From the NCBI GenBank assembly GCA_030295235.1, contig AP026140.1, forward strand, positions 682,001 through 746,000: a DNA stretch of 64,000 nucleotides, read 5' to 3'. The stretch is from Fistulifera solaris. Taxonomy: Eukaryota. The stretch's first letter is position 1, and every line of letters starts with the position of its first letter. The notes under the pieces were generated by a model that saw only the letters and a list, made by a program, of their open reading frames with translations, did no database searches and was not told the origin of the DNA. The translations under genes were made by a program, and so were the position numbers. This document shows, in pieces, positions 37,661-49,488 of the stretch.

Positions 37661-37921
37661 ATGCGTATCCCACCCCACTGCAACCCGTTCATGCATGCGG
37701 ATGAATCGGAGCGATGGTTTTACGCGGAAATGCGACAACAAGATAAGGGAAAGCGACGCTGGCGCAAACAGAAGAAGGACTCTGAAGACTTCGAGTTCCC
37801 ATGGTTCTTCATTGCGGTAATGTCTTATTACGAATACACAGAGCGTGCTGAACTACGACGCGAGGAACGCCAGCGACGTGCCAAGCAACTGGCCTCTCAT
37901 CAGCGTCGTCAAGGACAATGA
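37661..37921 (+). CDS. Small Arg/Lys-rich hypothetical protein (paralog 1)
   Basis: MRIP..NPFM..DESE N-terminus shared with the ORF at 38887. Confidence 0.5.
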   Translation: MRIPPHCNPFMHADESERWFYAEMRQQDKGKRRWRKQKKDSEDFEFPWFFIAVMSYYEYTERAELRREERQRRAKQLASHQRRQGQ

Positions 37922-38886
37922 AGAAACGGCAAAGAAGGGAAATACCAAAGTTATAATACTCAGTGTAATGGGAAACTGTCAAATGCGATTGGACCGATAC
38001 GACTGTTGCTTTGATCACGTGAAAAGAAAATGAAGAAAAATTTCATCGAGGCGGCACATTTGTTCCATGAATACATGAAAGCACATGTAAGCGAGAATAA
38101 AATAGATAGTAAGATAGAACTATAGATATTATCACTGCGTTAATATAGGGTTAATGCATGTGAGCTTATGTATTACCTAGACTTCAGCTTTTTCATTTAC
38201 AATGGTGGGGAGGGGCAAGACTTGCAATGACGCATCGATCCGACGCATCGCATTTGTAAGATAACCGTAAAAATTTGATGTGATTAGCTGCACAATGCGA
38301 TGTCGTGAAAAAGGAAAAGGAAAGAATCTTTTTATGGTTTTGAATTCGCTGATTGAAGAGCTGTCGGTATCCCGTTTCGCGGTAATCGTCCTATATAGGC
38401 TCGTGCTTTGATCTCCAGCTCTTCAACTGAAAGGCGCGTATGAAGTCTTAGTCGTCAAACCGAAGCTCAAGTGTAGCCGATATCTCAGTATTGTCTTGAG
38501 TCTTAGGCTTTATGAGTTTGAGATTGGAAACCTCTTGTTTGGAAACGACGTGAATGAACCGTTTCTTTCTTGCCAAGACTGACTCGGTCTTTGATTGGAG
38601 TCGCGGTTGTGCCGGTTTTTAACGTTTTCACATTGTAATGTAGCTAAAGGTGTAGCCGAACGATCCTACCGGTAATCACGGCGTTTCCATTGTAAACACG
38701 AAACGAAAACTGGTCTCGAAAACTGCTCGCGTTTTATTCGCTCGCACATCAGCGACTTGCCACTTTTTTCTTCTCACATTTTTCTCAACCAAAGCAATTC
38801 ACTGCACTTGAGAAAGACCCTGCTACAATCAGCAGGACAAAATAAACTAAACAAGCTCATCCTCACTCTCGCCTCCTCAAGACACC

Positions 38887-39264
38887 ATGCGTCTCCCAGC
38901 CCGCATCAACCCGTTCATGGATGACTCGGAAAAGCGGCTCCACGCGGAAATTCGACGAAACAATCAGGAACAGCGGCGCCGGCGCAAGCTCAAGAAGAAG
39001 TACGAAAACTCCAGGCGCTCGCTGATCCTCGCCGGTCCTGGCTTATCTTATGCACAAGGAACATGCTCGAATTCGTCGGGAGCTACGCTAAGCGGGATGC
39101 CGAGCAACGAGCCTCCTATCGACGTCAGCAGAAAACCAAGAGGAGATTGCAACGAATGGAAAGGGAGAAAGCGAGAGCATATGAACCATCGGTCTGGGGT
39201 AATTTTCGTACCTATTGAGCAAGCTATCCACGGTTATTTAATGACGATTAGAAGACATGAATAG
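38887..39264 (+). CDS. Small Arg/Lys-rich hypothetical protein (paralog 2); probably frameshifted
   Basis: MRLP..NPFM.DSE N-terminus; ATG in the same position of the duplicated unit as paralog 1. Confidence 0.5.
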   Translation: MRLPARINPFMDDSEKRLHAEIRRNNQEQRRRRKLKKKYENSRRSLILAGPGLSYAQGTCSNSSGATLSGMPSNEPPIDVSRKPRGDCNEWKGRKREHMNHRSGVIFVPIEQAIHGYLMTIRRHE

Positions 39265-39653
39265 AACCTTATCGAGGCGGCATCCTTGTTCTATGAATGC
39301 ATGCGGGCATCGTAAAAAGCTAATAGATAGACAAATAATAAGATGGAAACGTAAAGCTCATCGCTTATTCAATGTAGGCCTAAATTTTGTGAACTAGCGT
39401 CTTGCATCTAGATTCGCTTAGATCGATTACTGGTAGGGCAAGAGTTCCAACGATGCCTTTGGAGCTGTCGAATCCCATTTGTTAGCGATGCAGTCAACGT
39501 TTCAAAGCCCTTCGCACTAGTTTTACATTACTAAGGTAGCCTTCCGTCTCGCCATAGTCTCTAGGAAAGACGCAAAAGGATGACAACAATATTAACTGTA
39601 ACCTTAGCGGGGATGGACATTGAACATTATTGCCCCCGTGCCGTGCGCGGCGC

Positions 39654-40110
39654 TGTCACGGATATGCGGATAGCGGGCAGACTACTAGGGACTCACCCAA
39701 TTTAGCCGCACGACCTAATGCGAACCACGACCCCCAAATCGGAAGCCTTCGGACGGAACCTCATGGGAGAGGCCCAAGGGTCTTTGTACGATTTGGATTG
39801 ATCGTGAAGGCGTGAAAAGTTTGCAAGCAACGCGATACAAGAATGTTAGAGCCACATCATTGAGCTCAGAATTTCAAGATAAAATAAGACCTAGTCCGAT
39901 GGCAGAGTGACATTCTCGGCGGAACCATCACCCAGTGAGGTTCCACCTTGATCATTTGTCGGATTTGTAAAGGCTTATAATATTGTTGTTTGGAAAACTT
40001 TGACTGTTTTATCGTCTTAGGCTACCAGATACTTCCTCTTCTGTTGTTGCTAAACGTGGCGACTTGGTTGACAGAAAATACTTCCAATTTCTGTCCGTCG
40101 ATACGTGAGA
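39654..40110 (+). repeat. 5' LTR of copia A
   Basis: TGTCACG...CGTGAGA; near-identical to 46268-46724. Confidence 0.97.
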
Positions 40111-40124
40111 GGTTACGAGCCCAG
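40111..40124 (+). promoter_or_regulatory. PBS of copia A, half-tRNA-iMet type
   Basis: GGTTACGAGCCCAG is close to the GGTTATG(A/G)GCCCAG PBS that pairs with the iMet anticodon region in Drosophila copia-type elements. Confidence 0.7.
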
Positions 40125-40213
40125 GTTTACACTATCTGGTACAGTCTTTTTGCAGTTGTTTGATACACGTGCCCTACTTACTCCCTTTTTTGTCGTCCTT
40201 CGTTATTCGCGAT

Positions 40214-43200
40214 ATGTCTTCCGAAACCGAAGCTGATGACAGGAAACCTCCTCCGGTTCTAACTGGTTCTACACTCGCGTTTTCACCGAGCGCAAAAGTC
40301 GAAACGAATGTTCAGGCCACTTTTTCCGAGCCCGTTCTCGTGCCGAAGTTCGGCCTTGTTCAAAGTTCTATCCCAGCCATTGGCGGTGCTCCGGATGCAA
40401 GCTTTACTCGCAGTGTTAACCTTGTGCCTGCGACGCCCTACTGCTTTCGAGATCCGAATCCGTATCGCGCCGAGAAAAGTTTCAAGGATCGCATCTCCGG
40501 TCTCGACCCCAAGTTCAGTCCTACTGCGAATGACTATCGCCTTGTTGAGCTTGCGGATGCAGCGTTCAACCATTGCATTACGCATGGTCTCGATACGCCG
40601 TTCTTCATGAACGATCCTGCCGATCTCAGTCGTGTTATTGATCTCTTTGTCTACCACGGCAAGTTCACCTTCGATGAAGTTGCGAAGCACCTCAAGACAT
40701 GATCAAGTCCGGTGTGTTTGATCAGTATATGATCAATTCGCTTAGCGATTCGGCTGCTTTTCTGTTTAGCTCGTTGGAGGCGCTCCTTCCAGCGCCGCGA
40801 TTCGAACTTCTTTGAGCTCTGCTCATGCGCGCCTTGGACCTTTGGTTTGGATGAAAATCACCGAAGAAGTTCTTCCAAACGCCTTTCGCCGTGTCTCCGA
40901 ACTCGAAGAGGTGTTCCGCATAAGCGCAAGTTGGTCGAAACTCCCGGAGAAAATGTTGCTGCCTGGGGCGAATGCGCAGATGGAGACTTTGCAAGAGTTG
41001 GAGGCCAATGATCAGCTCCCTCGCGATCACTTGGTCATTTTGCAGCAGCAGCTGTGCACTTGCTCGGTCGAAGGATTCCGTGTTCACTGGCACACGAAGC
41101 TCGCATCCCTCTCCGACTTTGTGCGTCTCTCTGCCGGAAAGTCGAAGGAAGTTGCTGAAACATGAAGCAAAGGATGTCTACAGCAACCTAAAAGAAGATT
41201 GGGGACCGGCTAAAGGAACTACTACTGAAGTTAGTGCTAATGCTGCGGCGATCAAGAGTCTCAAAGCCGAGTTCAAGACCCTCAAGTCGAAATTCGAGTC
41301 GAATGGCACTAAAACTGCCTCCCTCGAAGACCAAGGACAAGAAGGCGAACAAAGACAAGGCTGCTACGAAGACTGGCGGTGGTGATGGCGAAAAGAAAGG
41401 CGGCGGTTCGACCGAAACTCGTTGGACTCGCATCGCGCCGAAGGATGGAGAGCCCACCACCATGACCAAGTACGGCAAGACTTTCTATTATTGCGCCAAA
41501 TGCAAGCTGGAACCAGACCCATGGAACCGGCGAGCACAAGAGCAAGGAAGAGAAGCCCGCTGATGCCAAGCCCGCCGCTCCTGCCGCTAATGTTGCCCAA
41601 GCTTGGACGGCACCCTTGCAGTTCTGTTGGGGTTCCGACAGCGATTCGAATAGGAAATCGGCAGGGAAGGTGAACCTTCGATCGAGGTCCCTTCCTGAGC
41701 CTTTTGTCCGTCCTTATCGGTCGTTTATTGTTGGAGTTGTCGCCGAAGCATTTTATTCTTTGCTGGTTGATTGTTGAGTGTTTTTCTTGGTGGCGTCATT
41801 TCCGTGTTGCCGCGACCATTTTGAAGTGGTTGCGTGCCCAAAGTGCCGCTCATCGTCGCTCTCTTGGTCTTCGGCCGCGATTCAAACCTTTGCCCGAGCG
41901 TCTCATCTCTCTCCCGTGTCGTTTCATGGTGCTTTCTTCCGATCATGACGAGCATGTGGCGAGTGACGCTTACACTCGGAGCCCCTGGTGTTGTTTATGG
42001 AGTCAACTTGGTGCCCGCCTGGCATGGCTGCCACCAGTTTCATCCAAGTGAACGCAGCCGGCGTTTACGCCGACCTCCTGATCCTTCTTCATCATCAAAA
42101 GCTTCGAATTGTCAGCATGGTGAGGGTGGTGTTTTTCGGCCGAAAGCAAAATCGTTTTGTTGAGCCTGCGAGAAAACGTTGAGGACGACTTCGAAGTGAT
42201 TCCGCGTTGGGCCTTAGAGCTTCCGGATATGATAGATCGGAACGGTCATTTGAATACCGAAGTCGTTTGATTTGCCGTGTCCGGCCGAACGAGCATCCCA
42301 CGCCCCTGGCACCTACTAGATGACACTTCATTATTCTGTTACCCCACCGGGCATTCTCTTCCAGAGGGAGCTACTGAGACGATGTTGCTTCGAGAGGGAG
42401 ATAATAGTGTAGACAAATCTAGAGCCTACTTTGCACCGTACGCGAAGCTTCCCCCGTCTATTTATGCCCTCCCTGCTCTGCATCAAGTCCATGTCGCTGG
42501 AAAACCGACCATGGCGAATCTGTTTCCGGTTATATGGGACACTGGAGCCACAGTTGCTGTTACATTCGACCGTGATGACTTCACATCCTACACCCCTACT
42601 ACTGGCGATACAGTTTTGTCTGGCTTTGCTGCAGGTTCTTCGATTGCCGGCACAGGTACTCTTGAGTGGACTGCTACTCTGTCAAACGGCAAGGGCTTTA
42701 TTTTTCGGATTCCCGGATTACATGTGCCCGAGGGCGAATGTTCGACTCTTCAGCCCACAGTCCTATTGTCAATTGGTGAAGGCGCAACGAAACGAACCGC
42801 GTTTTTCCGGCGACTTGAGCCTCATTCATGTCGATTTGTTGGACGGCCACTTTCTTGATATTGCATACTCTCCTGAAAACAATTTGCCTACGTTGGAGAT
42901 GTTCCGAAAACAATCTGTTGCTCTCAATGCTGCGAAGATTCAAAACTGTGTTACTACAGCTGAGAATCAAAACTTGAGTGAGGCACAGAAGTTTCTTCTT
43001 CGCTTGCATTTCCGATTTGTTCACCCGAAGCATGAAAAGCATTCAAGCCTTGCTCAAAACCGGCGCTCTCGGAAATTCTGCTGAAGTCCAAGCGGCGGCG
43101 CGTTGTATGATTCCCAAGTGCGCTGCTTGCATGTATGGAAAAGGAAAGCGCAAGTCGACTGGAGCGAAATTGACCGTCGATCGCCAATCCAAAGTTCTCT

Positions 43201-46200
43201 CGAAGGATATTTTAATTCCGGGCCAGAAGGTTTCAATGGATCACTTCTCTGTTTCAACGAGAGGACGTCTTTACTCTGGTTTCGGTGGTACCAAGGATGA
43301 TGAGAAGTTCAAAGGCGGTGTGATTTTTGTCGATCATGCAAGTGGATTTGTTTATGTCGTTCATGTTTTGAATTTTACTGCTGGCGAGGCTTTGCGCGCC
43401 AAGTTGGAGTTTGAAAGTGCAATGGCGAACCACGGCATCACGGTGGTCCAATATCATACCGACAATGGCACGTTTACGGCGCAGGAGTTCGCAAAGCAAA
43501 TTGATACGAACTACCAGTCGATGACTCTCAGTGGACCTGGTGCTCACCACCAAAATGCTGTTGCTGAGCGCAATCGGAAGTATTATATCTCGCACGCACT
43601 ACGATGCTACATGCTAAATTGCGTTGGCCGAAAGCGATTTCTTCGGACTTGTGGCCTCAGGCGATTGATTATGTCGTTCAAAATTTCAACTATGGACCCG
43701 GCGAAAACAATACATCTCCGGCTGATATGATCTTCAGAACAACGACCGATCGAAAAGTGTTTGCTGATATGCATGTTTGGGGATCACCCGCGTATATTCT
43801 GAACCCGAAGTTGCAAGATGGGCACAAGATTCCGAAGTTTGAACCTCGCTCAAGACGCGGCGTTTTCTTGGGTTTGTCGGCCGGCATGCATCGAATGTTC
43901 CTGTTGTTTTGAACCTAGAAACGAACCGGATTTCCGCGCAGTTTCATGTTGTTGTCGATGATTGGTTTGCCACTGTTTGAATGTTGTCGGTGCGGATGAT
44001 TCTGTCGATCCGAAGACTTGGGCCGACATCTTCGCATCGTCTCGCTTCCAAGTATTTTTCGATGAGGATGATCCGATCGACTTGGATGACGAGTGGTTGA
44101 GTCAAGAAGAGTTGCATGTTCGAATTCAAGAGCGATCTCGCAAGATTGGCGTTCAAGACAATGCTAGCCCCCCGGTTGATTTCGACAAGGTGCACCAGCG
44201 ACTGCGAACAGATGCCGAACCTACGACTGAAAAGAGTTCAAGCGAGCCTACATTGCAGAGGGAGCAAGAGCAAAAGACAGTTACTACTCCTGTTAAACTA
44301 CCTGAGCCAAATTCAAAACCGGTTGAGCCGATTCCTGCTCCCAAGGTTGCTGTGGATGCCAAGCCTCCATCAAGTTCGCGCGGAAGAAGACACCAGCTGC
44401 TCCTACCGAACCTCGCCGATCCACTCGCGAGAGACGTGCTCCAAGAAAGTTCAATGAATTTATTACCAACGCGTTGCCCCGGTTGTTCTTGCGCCGATTC
44501 CTCGCGAAACTTTCTCCTTTATTGGCGTCGATTCATTCCGGCCTTGTTGCTTGTTGGGATTCGGAGCTCGGCGAGTTTGATTTGCGAGATCCTGTTGCTT
44601 TCGCCGCTATGCAGCGTGTAAAGAAGCCAAAGAAAGGTTCCGATCCCGACTATCCAATGTATCATCAAGCTATGTCGTCTGCTGAATATCGAGAATGGCA
44701 AGATGCGATGGTGAAAGAAATTCGAATGTTGGAGAAGATGGGGACATGGAGGAAAATTCCGCGAGCTTCTGTACCTGCAAATAAGCGCGTGATAAAGTCC
44801 ACTTGGGCGTTTCGGCTTAAGCGTTCACCGGATGGGACACCCACGAAGTACAAGGCGAGATTCTGTGTTCGTGGCGATATGGAGATAAAAGGAGTCGACT
44901 ATTTCGAGTCCTACTCTCCTGTCGTACAGTGGTCCACAGTCCGGTTGTTGTTGATTATGTCCATCGTCCATGGAATGCATACCCGCCAAGTTGATTATGT
45001 CAATGCGTTCGCTCAAGCCCCTTTGCCGCCCTACTGAAGAGTGCTACATCGAGATGCCTCAAGGATTTCACGGCGATGGCGAAGATACTGTTTTGATGCT
45101 CCAGAAGACGGCTTTATGGCAAGTCCGATAGTCCACTCCGATTCTTTAACTTGCTGAAGGACACTTTGGAGAAGCATGGTTTCAAACAGTTGGTCGATAT
45201 CGATGCTTGCCTGTTCGTGCACGAGAAAATTATTTGTTTGACTTACGTCGATGATTGCCTTTGGTTCAGTCTCGATGAAAAGTGCATGGATGAGATGATC
45301 GAAGCTATTGACAAGGTTCTGACTTTGACTGTGGAGTCGAAAGATGTTTCCCGCGTTCTTGGGAATTCAGTTTACCCGTCGTGGCGATACTATCGAGTTG
45401 ACCCAGAAAGGTCTCATTAATCGCGTCATCGAAGCTACCGACATGGCTGATTGTAATTCTTGCGACACGCCTGCTGAAAACAAACCATTGGGAAAAGATT
45501 TGGCTGGTGCTGCATTCGCCGAGTCTTGGAATTATGCTTCGGTTGTCGGAATGTTGCTCTACTTGTCGTCAAACTCTCGACCGGATATTGCATTTGCTGT
45601 CCATCAGTGCGCTCGCTTCACTCATTCGCCGAGGCAAAGTCATGCTAAAGCGATCAAGAGAATTGTCCGCTATTTGAAAGGAACGGCCGATCGTGGTTTG
45701 GTGATGCGTCCGACGAAAGAGTTGAAGATTGATTGCTTTGTTGATGCCGACTTTGCCGGTTTGTGGGGAGCTGAAGATCCTGAAGATCCGATAAGTGTGA
45801 AGTCGCGTACTGGCTACATCTTGACGCCGGCAATTGCCCCCTACTTTGGGTATCGAAGCTACAGTCTGAAATCTCTCTAAGTACAATGGAGAGTGAGTAT
45901 GTCGCATTGAGTACTGCTATGCGCGATGTTTTGCCGATGCGAAGACTTGTTACTGCTGTTGCTAAGGCTATTACTGGAGAAGATCAAGTCGAGAGCATTG
46001 CCCATTCGGATGTATTTGAAGACAACAATGGAGCGCTCACTCTTGCTACGATTCCGCGGATGACCCCTCGCTCGAAGCACTATGCAACCAAGTATCATTT
46101 CTTCCGACAACATGTTCAAAGTGGTGAATTGAAGATCAACAAGATTGACACTAAAGAACAGCTTGCGGATATCATGACGAAAGGATTGCCTAGGGAAACG

Positions 46201-46239
46201 TTTACCTATCTTCGGAGACAAGTTAATGGGTTGGAATGA
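40214..46239 (+). pseudogene. gag-pol of copia A, broken by many frameshifts
   Basis: YYCAKCK knuckle, WDTGA, CAAC..GK, TDNG..F, HQNAVAER, KARFCVRGD, YVDD, RPDIAFAV and ADIMTK. Confidence 0.9.
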
Positions 46240-46267
46240 AAGTGGTCCCTCTTCGTCTGAGAGGGAG

Positions 46268-46724
46268 TGTCACGGATATGCGGATAGCGGGCAGACTACT
46301 AGGGACTCACCCAATTTAGCCGCACGACCTAATGCGAACCACGACCCCCAAATCGGAAGCCTTCGGGACGGAACCTCATGGGAGAGGCCCAAGGGTCTTT
46401 GTACGATTTGGATTGATCGTGAAGGCGTGAAAAGTTTGCAAGCAACGCGATACAAGAATGTTAGAGCCACATACGTGAGCTCAGAATTTCAAGATAAAAT
46501 AAGACCTAGTCCGATGGCAAGTGACATTCTCGGCGGAACCATCACCCAGTGAGGTTCCACCTTGATCATTTGTCGGATTTGTAAAGGCTTATAATATTGT
46601 TGTTTGGAAAACTTTGACTGTTTTATCGTCTTAGGCTACCAGATACTTCCTCTTCTGTTGTTGCGAAACGTAGCGACTTGGTTGACAGAAAATACTTCCA
46701 ATTTCTGTCCGTCGATACGTGAGA
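46268..46724 (+). repeat. 3' LTR of copia A
   Basis: Follows the PPT, ends CGTGAGA and is followed by the TSD. Confidence 0.97.
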
Positions 46725-46811
46725 GGCGCGTCCTATTACCAGTATTTTTTCTCATTTGCTGCAATCATGGACAACAGCAATGCCGTCAATGAAGGATAGA
46801 AAACAAAAGCA

Positions 46812-48451
46812 ATGGATATCAACGATGAAAAGGATGCGCTCTGTTTAAACCTGCAAGAGCACTTGGCCCGCATTGACAAAGTACTCGCCAACTTTTCGGA
46901 AACAGCCACCCTGTTGCGTCCCGCTCGTACCGGACTCTGGAACTCCGCCACACCGCCTTCACTCGATCAAATTGTCGACGTTTACGCTCCCGTTGGAATG
47001 AAAGAATCATTTCGGCAACTCTATCGTCTTTTGCGAACTCATTTGCTACATGAGAAGAGAAACGCGGCAGCGTTCTTGCGAGGGAATCGGGGCTCGGGAA
47101 AGTCCCTCGTGTTGCGACAATGCTTGAGAGCCTTACAAGACGAATCGGAACACATCCAGGGTTCGACATCACCGCAGAAACCCATGTTACGCGTCATTTC
47201 CGTGAATGGTATTGCGGTGCCGGGACGGAATTTCAGTACTGTGATTATGGAGATTTTATTTCAACTGACCGCTGGTGAAATGGAAGATGGAGCCGTCGAC
47301 AAGAAAGAACAGAAGATTTTGGAACTGATCCGACTCAAAAAGACATCTTCGTTTCACGAACAATATGCAACTGTTAAGCGAAGCTTTAGAAATTGCCCGG
47401 GGAGACCAGATACCTTTCTTGTTTGTTTTGGATCCATTGGAAGCTTTTATTGCCACGGGTGGACACTCATTGCAACAGCCGTTAGATCAACGAAACAAGC
47501 AGAATCAAGAATTGCTTCTCTATTACATACTGGATCGAGTGGCCACTCGAGGCTCTCTGGTATCCTTCGTCGGCTTATCGCACGATGTACATTGTTTGAA
47601 GCGATTAGAGAAAACGCACTCGTAGTCGAGCGGAAAGTGCGCTGTTCATTTCTTGCGAATCGTTTCCTTCTTACGAAGAGCGGATTGAAGCTATGTTGCT
47701 AAATTTGGAGGAATATCCTGACTTGAAGCAACAATTAAGTCGTTGCTTGCGTTTTTCGGACAATATGACGACGGAACAAGAAAGCGTTGTGAAATGTCTA
47801 CAGCGAGAACATCGCATGGGTCGGGACGCGAGGTGGTTTTCTCGCGTTCTCTCATTTGCCTTAATCCATTATCGTGATCAGTGCAGTCATGGTTTGAATT
47901 CCGATGATGCTGACGGCACACTGAAACTGGAATTTTCTTTACAATATCTTATCGAAGCGATGCTGGACATGGGAGCTGCTCTGCCTCAACATCGTCCCTC
48001 GGATCTTAGGATGCAGGCGCTGGCGGATTTGTCGAGCCCTCAAACTGTACTAATCTTGGCAGCGAAACGTATCTTGACGAGGGATACACAGAGAAAGAGT
48101 GACGCTCCTACAATACGACTAACGTTGGAGCGAATTTTGAATGAATACAACACAGCCATCCAGAAAGGGTCATTGTTGTCGAATCGCTATTCCTCAGCTC
48201 AATTATGGAAAGCCTTTCAAGAGCTTGTGGGTATGGACCTATTTCGTCCTGCTGCTGATACTGGTGGAAATCTGCCGTTCCAGTATATGCATCTTGACTC
48301 ACTGTATCAGGACATGGATAGGAACACTTTTGTGACACGGATGCCATTGCACATGACTGTGGATGTACACCGCGAAGTGAAAGTGGCGTTAGAACAAAAT
48401 ATTACACAGTGCTCGACAGCTTTAAGAGAGTGGGGACTCAAAACGAACTGA
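46812..48451 (+). CDS. ORC4: Origin recognition complex subunit 4; two apparent frameshifts
   Basis: Walker A LRGNRGSGKS, VNG motif, QELLLYYILDRV (compare QTLLYNLFD), LEK and a winged-helix-like C-terminus. Confidence 0.75.
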
Positions 48452-48468
48452 TGAATTCATTTTGCTTA

Positions 48469-49137
48469 TTATCGGTCTCGCCGGATGACCATTTTGGGTA
48501 AAGAGTCTAATAAATCAAGAGCTTCCCTGTTGATCGCATCAACGACATCAAATGTTGATTGGAGAGCTTTGACGAGCCCGACGCCCTGTCCTGCGTGGAC
48601 CACACTGATATCCGGATTGCCTTGTTCAACGGCATCCTTGTATTCTCGAACAACACTACTGTCTGGGGAACGAATCGCAGCGACAAGATTTTCCGATGGC
48701 TGCAAATCCCATTGCCTCGAAAAATCGTTATGTACAGCCCCGATCGAGTCAAAGGGATAAGGCCATGGAGTGCTGCTGTAAGAATTCTGTATTGCATCAA
48801 ACACAGGGGTGCGGATGATCTCATCGCACGATTCTACTTCTACTAGCCGTTGCTTCACGGACGCTTGTCCTCTGGATTCACTCGTTGCCCATAAACGAGT
48901 TCCCAGCACGACACCGTCACATCCAAGTGCCAAGGCGGCCACGAGGCCTCGCCCCATCCATAATACCCCCGGCTGCGAGAACAGGCGTGTCGGAGTCGTA
49001 CTCACTGCGAACAATCGAAACAGCTGTGGAAGCAAATGATAATGTGCCGTTTCCTAACTCTCGACGTAAGCCGTGACCTCCGGCTTCTGAACCTTGTACA
49101 ATGATGCCATCGGCACCAGCGTCCAAGGCCATCCTTG
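48469..49137 (-). pseudogene. Nitronate monooxygenase (2-nitropropane dioxygenase), 3' part, cut off by copia B
   Basis: AGADGIIVQGSEAGGHG, VLAAGGIMDG, GVVLGTR and AGQGVGL. Confidence 0.9.
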
Positions 49138-49488
49138 TGTTGGAATCCACTTCCGGCTCGGAGCGACCTGCGGTGTTTAACTTGTAGATCTGTTAAGCTC
49201 CGAGCTTGTATAGTGAATAGGTAGAATCAATAGTCTCTTTCTTGTCTTTTCTTAGTCTTAGTTGTTACTGTCTACTGGATTCATCCGAATCAATGAGCAC
49301 ATTGATTCGGACGTGCTCTGGTCATTCCTCTTCCAGCCACTCGATCAGCCCACGTTACCGACTTACTTGACTCGCCGATACCTCTGACTGTTCGAGTACT
49401 TAGATGCTCAACGTCAACGCCCTCTGCTAGTTTCGCCTGACCGGAAGTCGCTTTTTCAGTCACGACCGGGACTGGATTTTCTCCAACA
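49138..49488 (-). repeat. 3' LTR of copia B
   Basis: Near-identical to 54487-54839; preceded on the element strand by the purine tract GAGGAGCG. Confidence 0.97.

Larger units (their letters stand above)
37100..39500 (+). repeat. Direct tandem duplication with a ~1.22-kb unit (about 37100-38310 and 38320-39500)
   Basis: Matched anchors: GCTGATT.AAGAGC at 37131/38348, a near-identical block at 37424-37660/38650-38886, ATCGAGGCGGCA at 38045/39271, GGGCAAGA at ~38213/~39436. Confidence 0.85.
39654..46724 (+). mobile_element. Full-length Ty1/copia LTR retrotransposon A (CoDi-like)
   Basis: 457-bp LTRs; TSD GGCGC (39649-39653, 46725-46729); PBS GGTTACGAGCCCAG; PPT GAGAGGGAG; domain order gag-PR(WDTGA)-IN-RT(YVDD)-RNaseH(DADFAG). 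Confidence 0.97.

Noticed and set aside
39630..39815. ORFs inside the copia A LTRs (also 46226-46552)
   Set aside because: Frames differ between the two LTR copies and no motifs are recognisable
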